DNA from: Patescibacteria group bacterium
Lineage (GTDB): Bacteria > Patescibacteriota > Patescibacteriia > 2-02-FULL-49-11
Direction: 5' to 3'
DNA length: 64,000 bases
NCBI GenBank assembly: GCA_041645165.1
Contig: JBAZQN010000008.1
Span: 2,374 to 66,373 of the forward strand
Part shown: piece after piece, positions 34,862 through 44,890 of the stretch
Numbering within the stretch: the first letter of the stretch is position 1
Layout of the letters: each line of letters opens with the position of its first letter
The notes under the pieces: model-generated
What the model was told of the DNA's origin: nothing
Databases searched by the model: none
Seen by the model: only the letters and a program-made list of their open reading frames with translations
Translations under genes and position numbers: made by a program

Positions 34862-37624
34862 ATGTCACTATTAACTAAAATTTTTGGCGACCCAAACGAG
34901 CGTTTTATTAAGGAAGTAACCCCACAGGTTGAACGGATTAATTCGCTTGAAGCAGAAAATAAAAAGCTCTCTGACGACGCGCTGAAGGCAAAGACGCAGG
35001 AATTTAAGGGCCGCGTTGAACAGGGCACCACGCTTGATGATTTATTACCAGAAGCCTTCGCCGCCGTGCGGGAAGCGGCGGGACGCACTATCGAACAACG
35101 CCATTTTGACGTGCAGCTCATTGGAGGCATGGCGCTTCACCGTGGCATGATCGCGGAAATGAGGACAGGAGAAGGAAAAACATTGACTGCCACGCTGCCT
35201 TTATATCTCAATGCGCTCGCAGGGAAAGGCGCTCATTTGGTCACAGTCAACGATTATCTTGCGCGTCTGCATGCGTCTTGGATGGGAAGGGTATATCATG
35301 CGCTTGGTCTTACCGTAGGCTGCACACAGCAGCAGTTAGTGTCGTATATTTATGATCCGGAAGCAAAAAAACAGGAAATCCCGAAAGACGGATCTGATGC
35401 CGAGGAAAAAGAAATTGCACGATATACCGTTGACATGGATTTTCTACGTCCCGTCACCCGTAAAGAGGCTTATGCGGCGGATATCACCTATGGCACGAAT
35501 AATGAATTCGGATTCGATTACCTGCGGGATAACATGGTAGGGGATCTTGCGGAAATGGCGCAGAGAGAATTGTGCTATGCCATTGTCGACGAGGTGGACT
35601 CTATCCTTATTGATGAGGCGCGCACGCCTCTTATTATTTCCGCTCCCGCGGAGGAGTCCGGTGATTTATATTATAAATTTGCCGATCTGGTTACGACGCT
35701 TTCCGAAGGCCCTGATTATAACGTGGATGAAAAAATGCGCACTGCAACGCTTACCGAGGAAGGCGTTCATAAAATGGAACGCGCGCTTAATATCACCAAT
35801 CTGTACGCGGAAGGAGGCTTAAATCTCGTGCATCATCTGGAGCAGGCGCTCCGTGCGCATGCGCTCTTTAAGCGCGACCGTGATTATGTGGTAAAAGACA
35901 ATGAAGTCATCATTGTGGATGAATTCACCGGCCGGCTCATGTTTGGGCGCCGTTATTCAGAAGGGCTCCATCAGGCCATTGAGGCAAAGGAAAAAGTGGA
36001 GATACAGCGCGAATCGCGTACGCTTGCCACGGTGACCTTCCAAAACTATTTTAGGCTTTATAAAAAACTCGCGGGCATGACAGGCACTGCAGTGACAGAA
36101 GCGGAAGAATTCCATAAAATATATAACCTTGATGTGGTATCGATCCCTACCCACCGCCCGATGATCCGCAAAGATTTGCCAGACCGGATTTACAAATCGG
36201 CAAATGGTAAATGGCAGTCAATAGTACAGGAGGTTAAAGTGCGCCATGAATCTGGACAACCAATTCTCATTGGCACGGTCTCCATTGAAAAAAACGAGCA
36301 TTTGTCGCATTTGCTTTCACTCGAGGGCATTCCTCATAACGTATTAAATGCTAAACGCCATGAAGAAGAGGCAAGATTCATCGCGCAAGCGGGAAAACGC
36401 GGTAGCGTGACGGTCGCTACAAATATGGCAGGGCGCGGCGTAGACATTATTTTGGGCGGCAACCCGCCGGCGGCAGATGAGGCGGCGCTCATTAAAAGCT
36501 TGGGAGGACTCCATGTGATCGGCACTGAGCGGCATGAAGCGCGGCGTATTGATAACCAACTGCGCGGACGTGCGGGACGCCAAGGCGATCCGGGATCGAG
36601 CCAATTTTTCCTTTCCATGGAAGACGACCTTATGCGCATTTTCGGTTCAGACCGCATGAAAGGGCTGATGGAGCGCATGGGTATGCCTGAGGACATGCCC
36701 ATTGAGAACCGCATGGTCTCCAAATCAATCGAATCAGCACAGAGGAAGGTGGAGGGACATAATTTCGACATCCGTAAACATTTAGTGGAATATGACGACA
36801 TTATCAATAAACACCGCGAAGTTATTTATAAAAAAAGAAGGGAAATACTCAACACTACCCAATCGCCTGACCCTTCCGCAATATCAAAAATACTGCTGAA
36901 TATGATCGAAGAAGAAATAAGCGCCGTGGTACTGTTTCATACCTCCGCACAAGCGACAGACGAATGGAATCTTGATGAGATTTATGAAACGGTTGATAGC
37001 ATTGTGCCCTTGCCGTTACAATCAAGGATTAAGATAGATGAGATACATGACGTTAAAAGTGAAAAAATGGGCGATGCGCCAAAACGAACGGCCATTGTGG
37101 GCTACCTCATGGGGTATGTTGAATCGCATTTTAAGGAATTAGAGACAAGCATAAATATCGCACTAAAATCTCCTGTATTCATAAATATCGAACGGGGCAT
37201 TCTCTTGCGCGCGATTGACACGCTTTGGATCGAGCATTTGGATGCCATGGATCACTTACGTACCGGTATTGGCCTGCGCGGGTATGGCCAGCGTGATCCT
37301 TTGGTGGAATATAAGCGGGAGTCATACCGTATGTTTACTGAATTGCTCACCGCCATTAGAAAAGAAGTGGTGTACTCTATTTTCAAAATCGGCGCTGCCC
37401 AGCGATTTGCGCAAAGCACGCTAGCGCGCGAACAGCCAATGATACTTTCAGGGCCTGCAAAAGAAATGGAACGGGCGCGCGCGGCCTCACAAGCGCAAAA
37501 CGCCGCCATATCAAAAACCACTTCATTTAATGGCAAAAAGGTGGGACGCAACGATCCCTGCCCATGCGGAGCAAAAAAACTAGATGGTACTCCGATAAAG
37601 TATAAGCACTGCCATGGGAAGTAG
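34862..37624 (+). CDS. secA: Preprotein translocase ATPase SecA.
   Basis: Start MSLLTKIFGDPNERFIKE, DEAD motor motifs (MRTGEGKTLTATLP, VDEVDSILIDEARTPLIIS) and a C-terminal Zn finger CPCGAKK...HCHGK. Confidence 0.95.
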   Translation: MSLLTKIFGDPNERFIKEVTPQVERINSLEAENKKLSDDALKAKTQEFKGRVEQGTTLDDLLPEAFAAVREAAGRTIEQRHFDVQLIGGMALHRGMIAEMRTGEGKTLTATLPLYLNALAGKGAHLVTVNDYLARLHASWMGRVYHALGLTVGCTQQQLVSYIYDPEAKKQEIPKDGSDAEEKEIARYTVDMDFLRPVTRKEAYAADITYGTNNEFGFDYLRDNMVGDLAEMAQRELCYAIVDEVDSILIDEARTPLIISAPAEESGDLYYKFADLVTTLSEGPDYNVDEKMRTATLTEEGVHKMERALNITNLYAEGGLNLVHHLEQALRAHALFKRDRDYVVKDNEVIIVDEFTGRLMFGRRYSEGLHQAIEAKEKVEIQRESRTLATVTFQNYFRLYKKLAGMTGTAVTEAEEFHKIYNLDVVSIPTHRPMIRKDLPDRIYKSANGKWQSIVQEVKVRHESGQPILIGTVSIEKNEHLSHLLSLEGIPHNVLNAKRHEEEARFIAQAGKRGSVTVATNMAGRGVDIILGGNPPAADEAALIKSLGGLHVIGTERHEARRIDNQLRGRAGRQGDPGSSQFFLSMEDDLMRIFGSDRMKGLMERMGMPEDMPIENRMVSKSIESAQRKVEGHNFDIRKHLVEYDDIINKHREVIYKKRREILNTTQSPDPSAISKILLNMIEEEISAVVLFHTSAQATDEWNLDEIYETVDSIVPLPLQSRIKIDEIHDVKSEKMGDAPKRTAIVGYLMGYVESHFKELETSINIALKSPVFINIERGILLRAIDTLWIEHLDAMDHLRTGIGLRGYGQRDPLVEYKRESYRMFTELLTAIRKEVVYSIFKIGAAQRFAQSTLAREQPMILSGPAKEMERARAASQAQNAAISKTTSFNGKKVGRNDPCPCGAKKLDGTPIKYKHCHGK

Positions 37625-38093
37625 AAGTATCACAAAACTACTAACACTCTGTATAATTCATCAGCATCCGAAAATATTGCTTGCAATGAAAAAGCGTGGA
37701 TTTGGAGCAGGAAGATGGAATGGTTTTGGTGGTAAGGTTTCTGCGGGGGAAACGATAAAAGATGCGGCGAGAAGAGAAATGCGAGAAGAAGCTGGGATAG
37801 AAACTAAAAACATGGATAAGGTTGGAATTTTAGAGTTTGAATACAGGGGTAACCCTGAAATTCTAGAAGTTCATATTTTTAAATCGGATAATTTTTCAGG
37901 AGTACCAGTTGAAACGGAAGAAATGAAACCGCAATGGTTTCACTTTGATGAGATTCCATTCAATGAAATGTGGCCAGATGATATACATTGGATGCCATTA
38001 TTATTGAGCGGAAAGAAATTCAAAGGAAAATTTCTTTTCGGAGAATCCGATAATATTCTTGAGCAAGAATTAATGGAGGTTAAAGAGATATAA
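37614..38093 (+). CDS. NUDIX hydrolase (MutT-like).
   Basis: Nudix box GGKVSAGETIKDAARREMREEAGI. Confidence 0.8.
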   Translation: MGSRSITKLLTLCIIHQHPKILLAMKKRGFGAGRWNGFGGKVSAGETIKDAARREMREEAGIETKNMDKVGILEFEYRGNPEILEVHIFKSDNFSGVPVETEEMKPQWFHFDEIPFNEMWPDDIHWMPLLLSGKKFKGKFLFGESDNILEQELMEVKEI

Positions 38094-38103
38094 TTCCTTA
38101 GAG

Positions 38104-38670
38104 ATGACTAAAGAATTACCAAAAAAATTTTATCAAAAAGGTGCAATTGAATTAGCTCCAAAATTTCTTGGAAAGTACTTGGTGCACAAGACAACTAAAG
38201 GAATCATTTCAGGTATGATCACGGATGTTGAAGCTTATCCTGCATATATAGACAAAGTATCGCATGGGAACATCAGGACGAAAAGAACTGAGGTAATGTA
38301 TCGTGAGGGTGGTTATGGCTATGTATATAAGATTTACGGTATCCATTATCAATTTGCAATAGTAGTAAATCAAAAAGATATTCCTGAAGTAGTCTTCATA
38401 AGAGCGGTGAAACCAGAAGAAGGGATTGATATGATGAGAAAGAATTTCGGCAAAGAGGTTGACACGACGACCCTTACGAAATCCCCGGGAAATCTATGTA
38501 AATCATTCGGAATTACTGATGCTTTTTATGGCATTGATTTAACTGGCGATATACTTTGGCTGGAAGATCGAAATGTGGTTATAGACAAAAAGGATATTTT
38601 GACCGATCAGAGAGTTGGGATAAATAAAAAACTTCAAGGGAGTGAAAAGAAGTTTAGATTTTTCCTGTAA
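38104..38670 (+). CDS. mpg: DNA-3-methyladenine glycosylase (Mpg/AAG family).
   Basis: FYQKGAIELAPKFLGKYLV...ITDVEAY...MYREGGYGYVY.IYGIHYQF pattern is typical of PF02245. Confidence 0.7.
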   Translation: MTKELPKKFYQKGAIELAPKFLGKYLVHKTTKGIISGMITDVEAYPAYIDKVSHGNIRTKRTEVMYREGGYGYVYKIYGIHYQFAIVVNQKDIPEVVFIRAVKPEEGIDMMRKNFGKEVDTTTLTKSPGNLCKSFGITDAFYGIDLTGDILWLEDRNVVIDKKDILTDQRVGINKKLQGSEKKFRFFL

Positions 38671-38693
38671 AAAAAGATATTTCGATATGTCTA

Positions 38694-39014
38694 TATTTCG
38701 AAATGTCGAAATTCTCGTATATGGCTACGATACAAAAGTTTGAAGATTTGATTTGCTGGCAACGGGCTCGAGGATTGGCGAATTTCATATTTGATATAAC
38801 GGACAACGTTTCTTTTAAAGATTTCGACTTGAAACGACAAATCCGCCGAGCAGCAATTTCGCCGATGTCCAACATTGCAGAAGGTTTTGATCGCGGCACA
38901 CAGGCTGAATTCATTGACGCACTTTTTATTGCCAAAGGCGAGACAGGAGAAGTGGGGAGTCAATTGTATATTGCCCACGATTGAAGATATATCGACATTT
39001 CGACATTTCAAAAT
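38694..39014. repeat. Inverted repeat pair flanking the 5' two-thirds of the four-helix-bundle gene.
   Basis: Left ATATTTCGAAATGTCGAAAT (38694-38713, contains the ATG at 38703) versus right ATTTCGACATTTCAAAAT (38997-39014, immediately after the in-frame TGA). About 17/20 complementary. Confidence 0.6.
38721..38984 (+). pseudogene. Four-helix-bundle protein (TIGR02436 / '23S rRNA intervening-sequence protein' family) interrupted by an in-frame TGA. The conserved C-terminal third continues in the same frame to 39188.
   Basis: FEDLICWQRARGLANFIF...LKRQIRRAAISPMSNIAEGFDRGTQAEFIDALFIAKGE...LYIAHD-TGA-RYIDISTFQNGLRLTDECSRLIQSFADKV. The post-TGA peptide matches the family C-terminus (...YI..eey..L.e.ceev.kmLngLIksl). 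Confidence 0.6.
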
Positions 39015-39215
39015 GGTCTTCGTCTGACGGACGAGTGTTCGCGCTTGATCCAAAGTTTCGCCGACAAGGTGAAGGGCGGCTCTTGTCGAGGTATGCAATT
39101 CAAACGTGTTCTCCCGCCTGATCCGGGCAAAGCAATTTTGAAACACTATAATCCAGAACTTTTTAAGAAATGGTATCCAGATGAAACATGATGAATATTT
39201 TTAAATGCTGTAAAT

Positions 39216-39644
39216 ATGAAAAATAAGATTCCTCAATGGATTGTGGTATCGGCTTGCATTACTGATACACAAGGCCGTATTTTCATGCAACGCCGTTTTG
39301 ATCCTCAAATACCTCTTGCTCATGGCAAATGGGAGTTTCCGGGAGGAAAGATTGAATCTGGAGAAAACCCCACTAAGGCCCTTAAGAGAGAATGCAAAGA
39401 AGAAATTGGTTGTGATATTACGATAAAACGCCTTATTCCGTATGTGTGGACCAATATTTGGAAAGAACGACACGGTAAACAAATACAAGCATTTCTTCTC
39501 TGCTATCATTGCTCCATAAAAAAAGGCAAACCACACCCTACAAATCCAGAAGTTTCGGAAATCCGCTGGTGTTCCCAAAAAGAAATAAAGAAATTAAAAG
39601 TGCTTCCCGGTACTCATGAATTTATTCAGCATGCGCATTTATAA
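39216..39644 (+). CDS. NUDIX hydrolase (NudG/MutT-like).
   Basis: Nudix box GGKIESGENPTKALKRECKEEIG. Confidence 0.8.
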   Translation: MKNKIPQWIVVSACITDTQGRIFMQRRFDPQIPLAHGKWEFPGGKIESGENPTKALKRECKEEIGCDITIKRLIPYVWTNIWKERHGKQIQAFLLCYHCSIKKGKPHPTNPEVSEIRWCSQKEIKKLKVLPGTHEFIQHAHL

Positions 39645-40968
39645 AGTCATCATTTTCATAATCGTTTTTGCAACACCTTTCACACTTCATGCCGAGGATG
39701 TACAGCAGCCCTTGCAGGCTGTTTTTGTTTCAAGTTCATCATTGAGTGCACTGCAGCGAATTACAGTACCCATACCCGAAGGATTGGGAAATGAATGGGA
39801 TGTAACTGCAATTGATCGCACTCTATTTTTTACCGCTACCCATGGCAATATTTACGCCTGGAGTCTTGATGAAAAGACGTTTAGCACGTTTCCGACCTAT
39901 GGGAAAGGATTCGATAATCCAATAGCCTATACCGCTTGCCGAAAACAAAACAGCACCTTTATTGCGGTAGTGCCGAGTTATGGGAATGCCCATGTGCTTA
40001 CCTTCGCACCCTCGGGAAGACTGTTGAATCCCGGTTTCTTTTTTGCGTCAAAGCCAAAATCGTATCGCACTATAACATGCGTTGATATAAATAATGATCA
40101 GAATGATGAATTAGTGATAGGGGAGAGGATAGGCAGCGCACTCACCATCACTATTTTGAATTTTATTGATGGAAAGCCAATTCAAACATTTAATATCAAC
40201 GATTGGGGACCGTTTGATTTTGAACTTAATCGTATTGATTTAGGAGGCGACGGCATTGATGAAATTCTTATCGGAAGCGGGGGATTGCGAGATCCTGAAA
40301 TTCGGATTTATCGCAGTGACGGTTCATTGATAAATTCTCTCATGGCGTTTCCAAATGAATTTAAGGGCGGCATCTACGTGCAAAGCGGCGATTTGGATTA
40401 TGACGGGAAAGAAGAATTAATCGTTGGATCGGGCCCGGGAAGCGGGCAGCTCCGCGTACTGGATGGATTTGGCAATGAAAAGATGACGAATAAATTCTTC
40501 CCCTTAGGAGCAAATTTTCGGGGCGGTGTAATTCCATTAAAGGTGAATGATGAAATCATAGCTTTGCAGTCATCACGGCTCATAGAGGATAGTTCACTTT
40601 CTAAATCCATATCTATTAACACTACAGACCAAACATTATCTGTGCTTGCGTATGGCTACTTATTTGCCTCTTTTCCCATCTCTACAGGCACATGGGATTA
40701 TCCCACTCCTCTTGGGAATCACAAGGTAATCAATAAAATCCCACGCGCGTATTCGCGCCGTTGGGGGCTTTTCATGCCGTGGTGGATGGCAATCGTGCCA
40801 TCCGGCACCTATGGCATCCACGAGCTGCCAGAGTGGCCTAATGGAACAAAAGAGGGCGAAGACCACCTTGGGAGCCGCCGTTCCCACGGCTGTATACGGG
40901 TGGGGGTAGGAGTTGCAAAAGCGCTCTACGATTGGACTCCAATTGGCACTCCCATTATAGTTAAATAA
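39616..40968 (+). CDS. Secreted L,D-transpeptidase (YkuD domain) with N-terminal FG-GAP/VCBS-like repeats.
   Basis: Signal peptide. Repeats DGIDEILIGSGG / DYDGKEELIVGSGPG. C-terminal catalytic motif YGIHE...GSRRSHGCIRV. Confidence 0.75.
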   Translation: MNLFSMRIYKVIIFIIVFATPFTLHAEDVQQPLQAVFVSSSSLSALQRITVPIPEGLGNEWDVTAIDRTLFFTATHGNIYAWSLDEKTFSTFPTYGKGFDNPIAYTACRKQNSTFIAVVPSYGNAHVLTFAPSGRLLNPGFFFASKPKSYRTITCVDINNDQNDELVIGERIGSALTITILNFIDGKPIQTFNINDWGPFDFELNRIDLGGDGIDEILIGSGGLRDPEIRIYRSDGSLINSLMAFPNEFKGGIYVQSGDLDYDGKEELIVGSGPGSGQLRVLDGFGNEKMTNKFFPLGANFRGGVIPLKVNDEIIALQSSRLIEDSSLSKSISINTTDQTLSVLAYGYLFASFPISTGTWDYPTPLGNHKVINKIPRAYSRRWGLFMPWWMAIVPSGTYGIHELPEWPNGTKEGEDHLGSRRSHGCIRVGVGVAKALYDWTPIGTPIIVK

Positions 40969-41024
40969 TAAATTGAGGTGCCGTAACTATTCAATGTTCC
41001 AAAATAAACGAATTATGGACACCA

Positions 41025-41047
41025 CCCCTTGTCCCCTCCTTAGCAAG
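41025..41047. promoter_or_regulatory. Perfect 9-bp stem hairpin (CCCCTCCTT-agc-AAGGAGGGG) in the leader ~50 nt upstream of secD.
   Basis: Direct reading. The 3' arm contains an AAGGAGG Shine-Dalgarno-like sequence, so the hairpin could sequester an SD or act as a terminator for the upstream gene. Confidence 0.4.
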
Positions 41048-41139
41048 GAGGGGATGGGGAGGTCTCCTTTGGAAAAAGGTGAACTCTAGGTACTTTTTTG
41101 ACTTTTTTAGAGATTTTGATACAATGCGTAAGGATTTCT

Positions 41140-42858
41140 ATGACTAATAAACAAAGGCTTTGGATGTATGTAGGGCTCATCATAGCGCTCTTTTTAATTG
41201 CACTTATTTTTGCCGCGCCTAAACTCCCCACTGCGGTTCCCGCGGCTTCTTTTTTTGCTAAATTTCCTTATAAATTAGGCTTGGATCTCAAGGGAGGCGC
41301 CCACCTTATTTACCAAGCAGACACCTCGCAAGTGCCCTTTGCAGACAAACAATCCGCAATCAACGGCGTCCGCGATGTAATCGAACGGCGGGTCAATGCG
41401 TTCGGCATTTCAGAACCTCTGGTGCAAACTAACCAATCAGGCGATGAATACCGCGTCATTGTGGAGCTTGCAGGCGTATTTAATGTTGATGAGGCGATAA
41501 AACTTATCGGAGAAACTCCGTTGCTTGAATTTAAAACGCAAAACCCCGTAGCGGATGCACCGCTTACTGAAGAACAAAAGCAACAGCTTATAAAAGATAA
41601 TGAAACAGTCCTGAAGAGCGCTCAAGAAGTACTCGTGCAATCACATGCACCCAATGCTGATTTTAGCGCATTGGCAAAACAATATTCAGAAGACCCTGGA
41701 TCCAAAGAGCAGGGAGGGGATTTAGGATGGGCAAAAAAGGGAGTATTTGTGCCTGAATTCGATAAGGCGATTTTTGAAACCCTTAAAGCAGGGGAAACCA
41801 CCAAAGAATTAGTGCAAACCCAATTCGGCTACCATATTATCAAAAAGATTGAAGAGCGCGAGGTGGAAGGCGCGGCGAAAGGTGAACCGGAAAAGGAAGT
41901 CCATGCCGCGCATATACTCCTCCGCACCATCGCTGAACAAGATATCTCATCTCAAGTTGACCCGTGGGTTAATACCGCGCTCTCGGGAAAACAACTTAAG
42001 CGCGCCAGTGTTCAATTCAACTCACAAACAGGGGAACCGAATGTCAATCTGGAATTCAATGATGAGGGATCGAAACTTTTTGCGGAGCTCACCGGCGCCA
42101 ACATCGGCAAACCTATTGCTATATTTCTTGACGGGCAGGCAATTTCAGTGCCTACGGTTCAGGAAAAAATTGAAGGCGGCAGCGCAGTCATCACCGGGAG
42201 GTTTAATATAAAAGAAGCCCGCACGCTCGCAGAACGCCTCAATGCGGGCGCGCTGCCCGTCCCCATTCATTTGATTGCGCAAACCACCGTAGGCCCCACC
42301 CTCGGTTCTTTGTCTTTAAACCAGAGCCTGCGCGCAGGTATGATAGGAATACTTATCGTAATGTTATTCATGATATTGTACTATCGTTTACCCGGCATCA
42401 TCGCTTCGTTCGCGTTATTGCTCTATGCGAGCATCGTACTTGTTCTTTTTAAACTCATACCCGTGACACTCACGCTCGCAGGCATAGCCGGCTTTATCCT
42501 TTCAGTGGGCATGGCAGTTGACGCGAATATCCTTATTTTTGAGCGTCTCAAAGAAGAGCTAAAAGCGGGAAGGGACCTGCCCACGGCCGTTGAAGAAGGC
42601 TTTAAACGCGCGTGGACCTCCATCCGAGATTCGAATTTTTCGTCTCTCATCACCTGTGCGGTCCTTATGTGGTTTGGCAGCTCTGTCATCAAAGGTTTTG
42701 CAGTTACCCTGATCATCGGTATTCTTTCATCCATGTTTACCGCCATTACCGTAAGCAGAACCATTTTAAAGGCAATCGCCTTAACCGGAGCGAAGAGGCA
42801 TTTATGGATGTTTGGTTACCACCGCATTGAGACTAAGAGTGGCGATATGAAAATGTAA
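41140..42858 (+). CDS. secD: Protein-export membrane protein SecD with an embedded PpiC/parvulin-type PPIase domain.
   Basis: SecD blocks (LGLDLKGGAHLIYQAD; ...GKPIAIFLDGQAISVPTVQEKIEGGSAVITG; 6 C-terminal TM). The inserted ~90 aa carry ...FSALAKQYSEDPGSKEQGGDLGWAKKGVFVPEFDKAIFETLKAGE...FGYHIIKKIE, the parvulin signature. Confidence 0.75.
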   Translation: MTNKQRLWMYVGLIIALFLIALIFAAPKLPTAVPAASFFAKFPYKLGLDLKGGAHLIYQADTSQVPFADKQSAINGVRDVIERRVNAFGISEPLVQTNQSGDEYRVIVELAGVFNVDEAIKLIGETPLLEFKTQNPVADAPLTEEQKQQLIKDNETVLKSAQEVLVQSHAPNADFSALAKQYSEDPGSKEQGGDLGWAKKGVFVPEFDKAIFETLKAGETTKELVQTQFGYHIIKKIEEREVEGAAKGEPEKEVHAAHILLRTIAEQDISSQVDPWVNTALSGKQLKRASVQFNSQTGEPNVNLEFNDEGSKLFAELTGANIGKPIAIFLDGQAISVPTVQEKIEGGSAVITGRFNIKEARTLAERLNAGALPVPIHLIAQTTVGPTLGSLSLNQSLRAGMIGILIVMLFMILYYRLPGIIASFALLLYASIVLVLFKLIPVTLTLAGIAGFILSVGMAVDANILIFERLKEELKAGRDLPTAVEEGFKRAWTSIRDSNFSSLITCAVLMWFGSSVIKGFAVTLIIGILSSMFTAITVSRTILKAIALTGAKRHLWMFGYHRIETKSGDMKM

Positions 42859-42981
42859 AGATATGATTTTTCTGAGTCGTTTCAGTGTATATTTCAGTGT
42901 ACTTCCAGTGTGAAAAGGCTCACTCACAGAAAAATCTGAATCCTAAACGGAAAACACTGAAGTCGCAAATTTCTTAAATAA

Positions 42982-43920
42982 ATGACTATGCTTGCTATAA
43001 TCCCTAATAGAAAATACAATCTTGGATTCTCAGCGCTGCTCATAGTGCTGTCCGCTACGGCATTATTTGTGTGGGGATTAAAATTTGGCATTGATTTTAC
43101 CGGCGGTGCCATGGTAGAGCTTGAGTCTACATTAATAAATCCGCCTGCATCGTATGAAATTCAACAGAAGCTCATAAGTGATGGATTTGATGTTGCTTCA
43201 ATCCAAATGAGCAATCAAAATACGTATCTCATACGGTTAGGCATCATGGATGAAGGCGAACACCAGCGATTTACAAAGAGCATGGAGGAGAATTTTAATT
43301 CGCTGCAAAAAAGCGAGGGAGCTGACAAGGCCTATATTGAAAAGCGTTTTGAATCAATCGGTCCGACCATCAGTAATGAATTCCGACAAAAATCATATTT
43401 GGCAATCATTATTGCGCTTCTCGCAATCATCGCGTATATCGGATACTCCTTCAGGAAGGTTTCAAAGCCCGTGGCGAGCTGGAAATACGGGGTATGCGCG
43501 GTGATCGCGCTCATGCACGATGTTGCCATCCCCACAGGCATTTTTGCAGTGCTTGGACATTATGCGGGCTGGGAAGTGGATCTGCTATTCATCACGGCGC
43601 TGCTTACCGTCTTAGGGTTCTCTGTACACGATACTATCGTCGTATATGACAGGATCAGGGAAAATTTGCTAAAGATCGGAGGTCGAAATTTCGCGGAAAT
43701 AGCGAACATAAGCGTCAATCAAACCCTCGCCCGATCCATCAATACTTCCTTGGTGACTATTATCGTGCTTGCGGCTCTTTTTGTGCTTGGCGGCGAGACC
43801 ACAAGGCATTTCGTGCTTGTGCTTATCACCGGCATCGTATTCGGCACCTATTCTTCCATATTTATCGCTTCGCCTCTTTTGGTTATCTGGAACAATATAA
43901 GTCAAAAAAATAAAAAATAG
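42982..43920 (+). CDS. secF: Protein-export membrane protein SecF.
   Basis: LKFGIDFTGGAMVEL start and 6 TM helices of the SecDF family. Position after secD. Confidence 0.85.
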   Translation: MTMLAIIPNRKYNLGFSALLIVLSATALFVWGLKFGIDFTGGAMVELESTLINPPASYEIQQKLISDGFDVASIQMSNQNTYLIRLGIMDEGEHQRFTKSMEENFNSLQKSEGADKAYIEKRFESIGPTISNEFRQKSYLAIIIALLAIIAYIGYSFRKVSKPVASWKYGVCAVIALMHDVAIPTGIFAVLGHYAGWEVDLLFITALLTVLGFSVHDTIVVYDRIRENLLKIGGRNFAEIANISVNQTLARSINTSLVTIIVLAALFVLGGETTRHFVLVLITGIVFGTYSSIFIASPLLVIWNNISQKNKK

Positions 43921-43962
43921 TGCGATTGAGCACTACAACATACCAAGAAGATGCGTTGATTT

Positions 43963-44880
43963 TTATTCTGCGATTCCTCTCCATGCAATGCGTTGCGCAT
44001 TGCCGCCGACAGGATAGCAGGTGACCAGAGTAAGGGTAGGCGTATCACTAATGGCAAATAATCTTTTATCATCAGGATACACAACCATGGATTCAGTGAG
44101 AATATAGCGGACGAACCGCTTTTTTTTATTCTGGTAGGTATACGTAAATTCCACCGCATCTCCTTTTTTAAGATCAGGAAGATCCTTGAAGATATCAGTA
44201 TACGGGCCTTGCTGCCATACATAGTCTGAAGAATGCCCTGTGATAAAGCTGTTTCCGCGCTCACCCGGGCTGGCAGTCCCGGGATAATGGATAGCACCTC
44301 TTTTGAGATCTTGCTCTATGCGTTTAACATCATCAGATTCAGACCAAACCACAGGAGCGAGTACCCTAAGCGAGGGGATGGATATCGTAAGCGCGGGCCT
44401 CCCTTTCCCCGTGGGATCAAATCCATTTTCCACCTCAAGCCCGTCAGGAAATGTGTCTCCATCGCTGTCGGCAATGTCACTCCCTGTGCCTATAATTTGT
44501 TCTAATGCGTCACTCAAGCCGTCACTATCCTTGTCAGAGACCTTTGTGTTTTTCACTGCAAATTCAGCAGGAAGAGAACCAGCGCCCAATGGATTTTGAT
44601 TGCGTAAAATCTCATCGCCGTCATGCGTCCCATCAGCGTCAGAGTCGGGCAAATAAGTATTAGTGCCATAAAGTCGCTCTTCAGGATCCGATAAGCCGTC
44701 ATGATCACTGTCGCTCATGAATGATTCCACCCTTTCAAATGATCCTACATACGCGCGCACCGTTGACCAATTCATGATGAAAGTGGCGATGAGTCCGGTA
44801 AAGAGGGAACAGAAGATCGCAAATGTCGTTCGCGACATTTGCGGAAGTGGCAATGATGGCGTCTGTTTTAACGTTAACAT
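43963..44880 (-). CDS. Sortase-family transpeptidase with N-terminal TM and Asp-rich calcium-binding-like repeats.
   Basis: C-terminal catalytic TLTLVTCYP (TLxTC) preceded by His and Arg contexts. Four DxDxDG-type repeats (SDSDHDGLSD, DSDADGTHDGDE, DKDSDGLSD, DSDGDTFPDG). Confidence 0.65.
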   Translation of the reverse strand: MLTLKQTPSLPLPQMSRTTFAIFCSLFTGLIATFIMNWSTVRAYVGSFERVESFMSDSDHDGLSDPEERLYGTNTYLPDSDADGTHDGDEILRNQNPLGAGSLPAEFAVKNTKVSDKDSDGLSDALEQIIGTGSDIADSDGDTFPDGLEVENGFDPTGKGRPALTISIPSLRVLAPVVWSESDDVKRIEQDLKRGAIHYPGTASPGERGNSFITGHSSDYVWQQGPYTDIFKDLPDLKKGDAVEFTYTYQNKKKRFVRYILTESMVVYPDDKRLFAISDTPTLTLVTCYPVGGNAQRIAWRGIAE

Positions 44881-44890
44881 GCCTGTATAT

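Noticed and set aside
38985-38987. In-frame TGA read as glycine (genetic code 25, as in some candidate-phyla lineages).
   Set aside because: Many genes in the window (sufS, mraY, pil genes, others) end at TGA with properly bounded, full-length products. mraY ends in TGA-TAA. TGA is therefore a stop here, and the internal TGA is a nonsense, recoding or sequencing issue specific to that gene.
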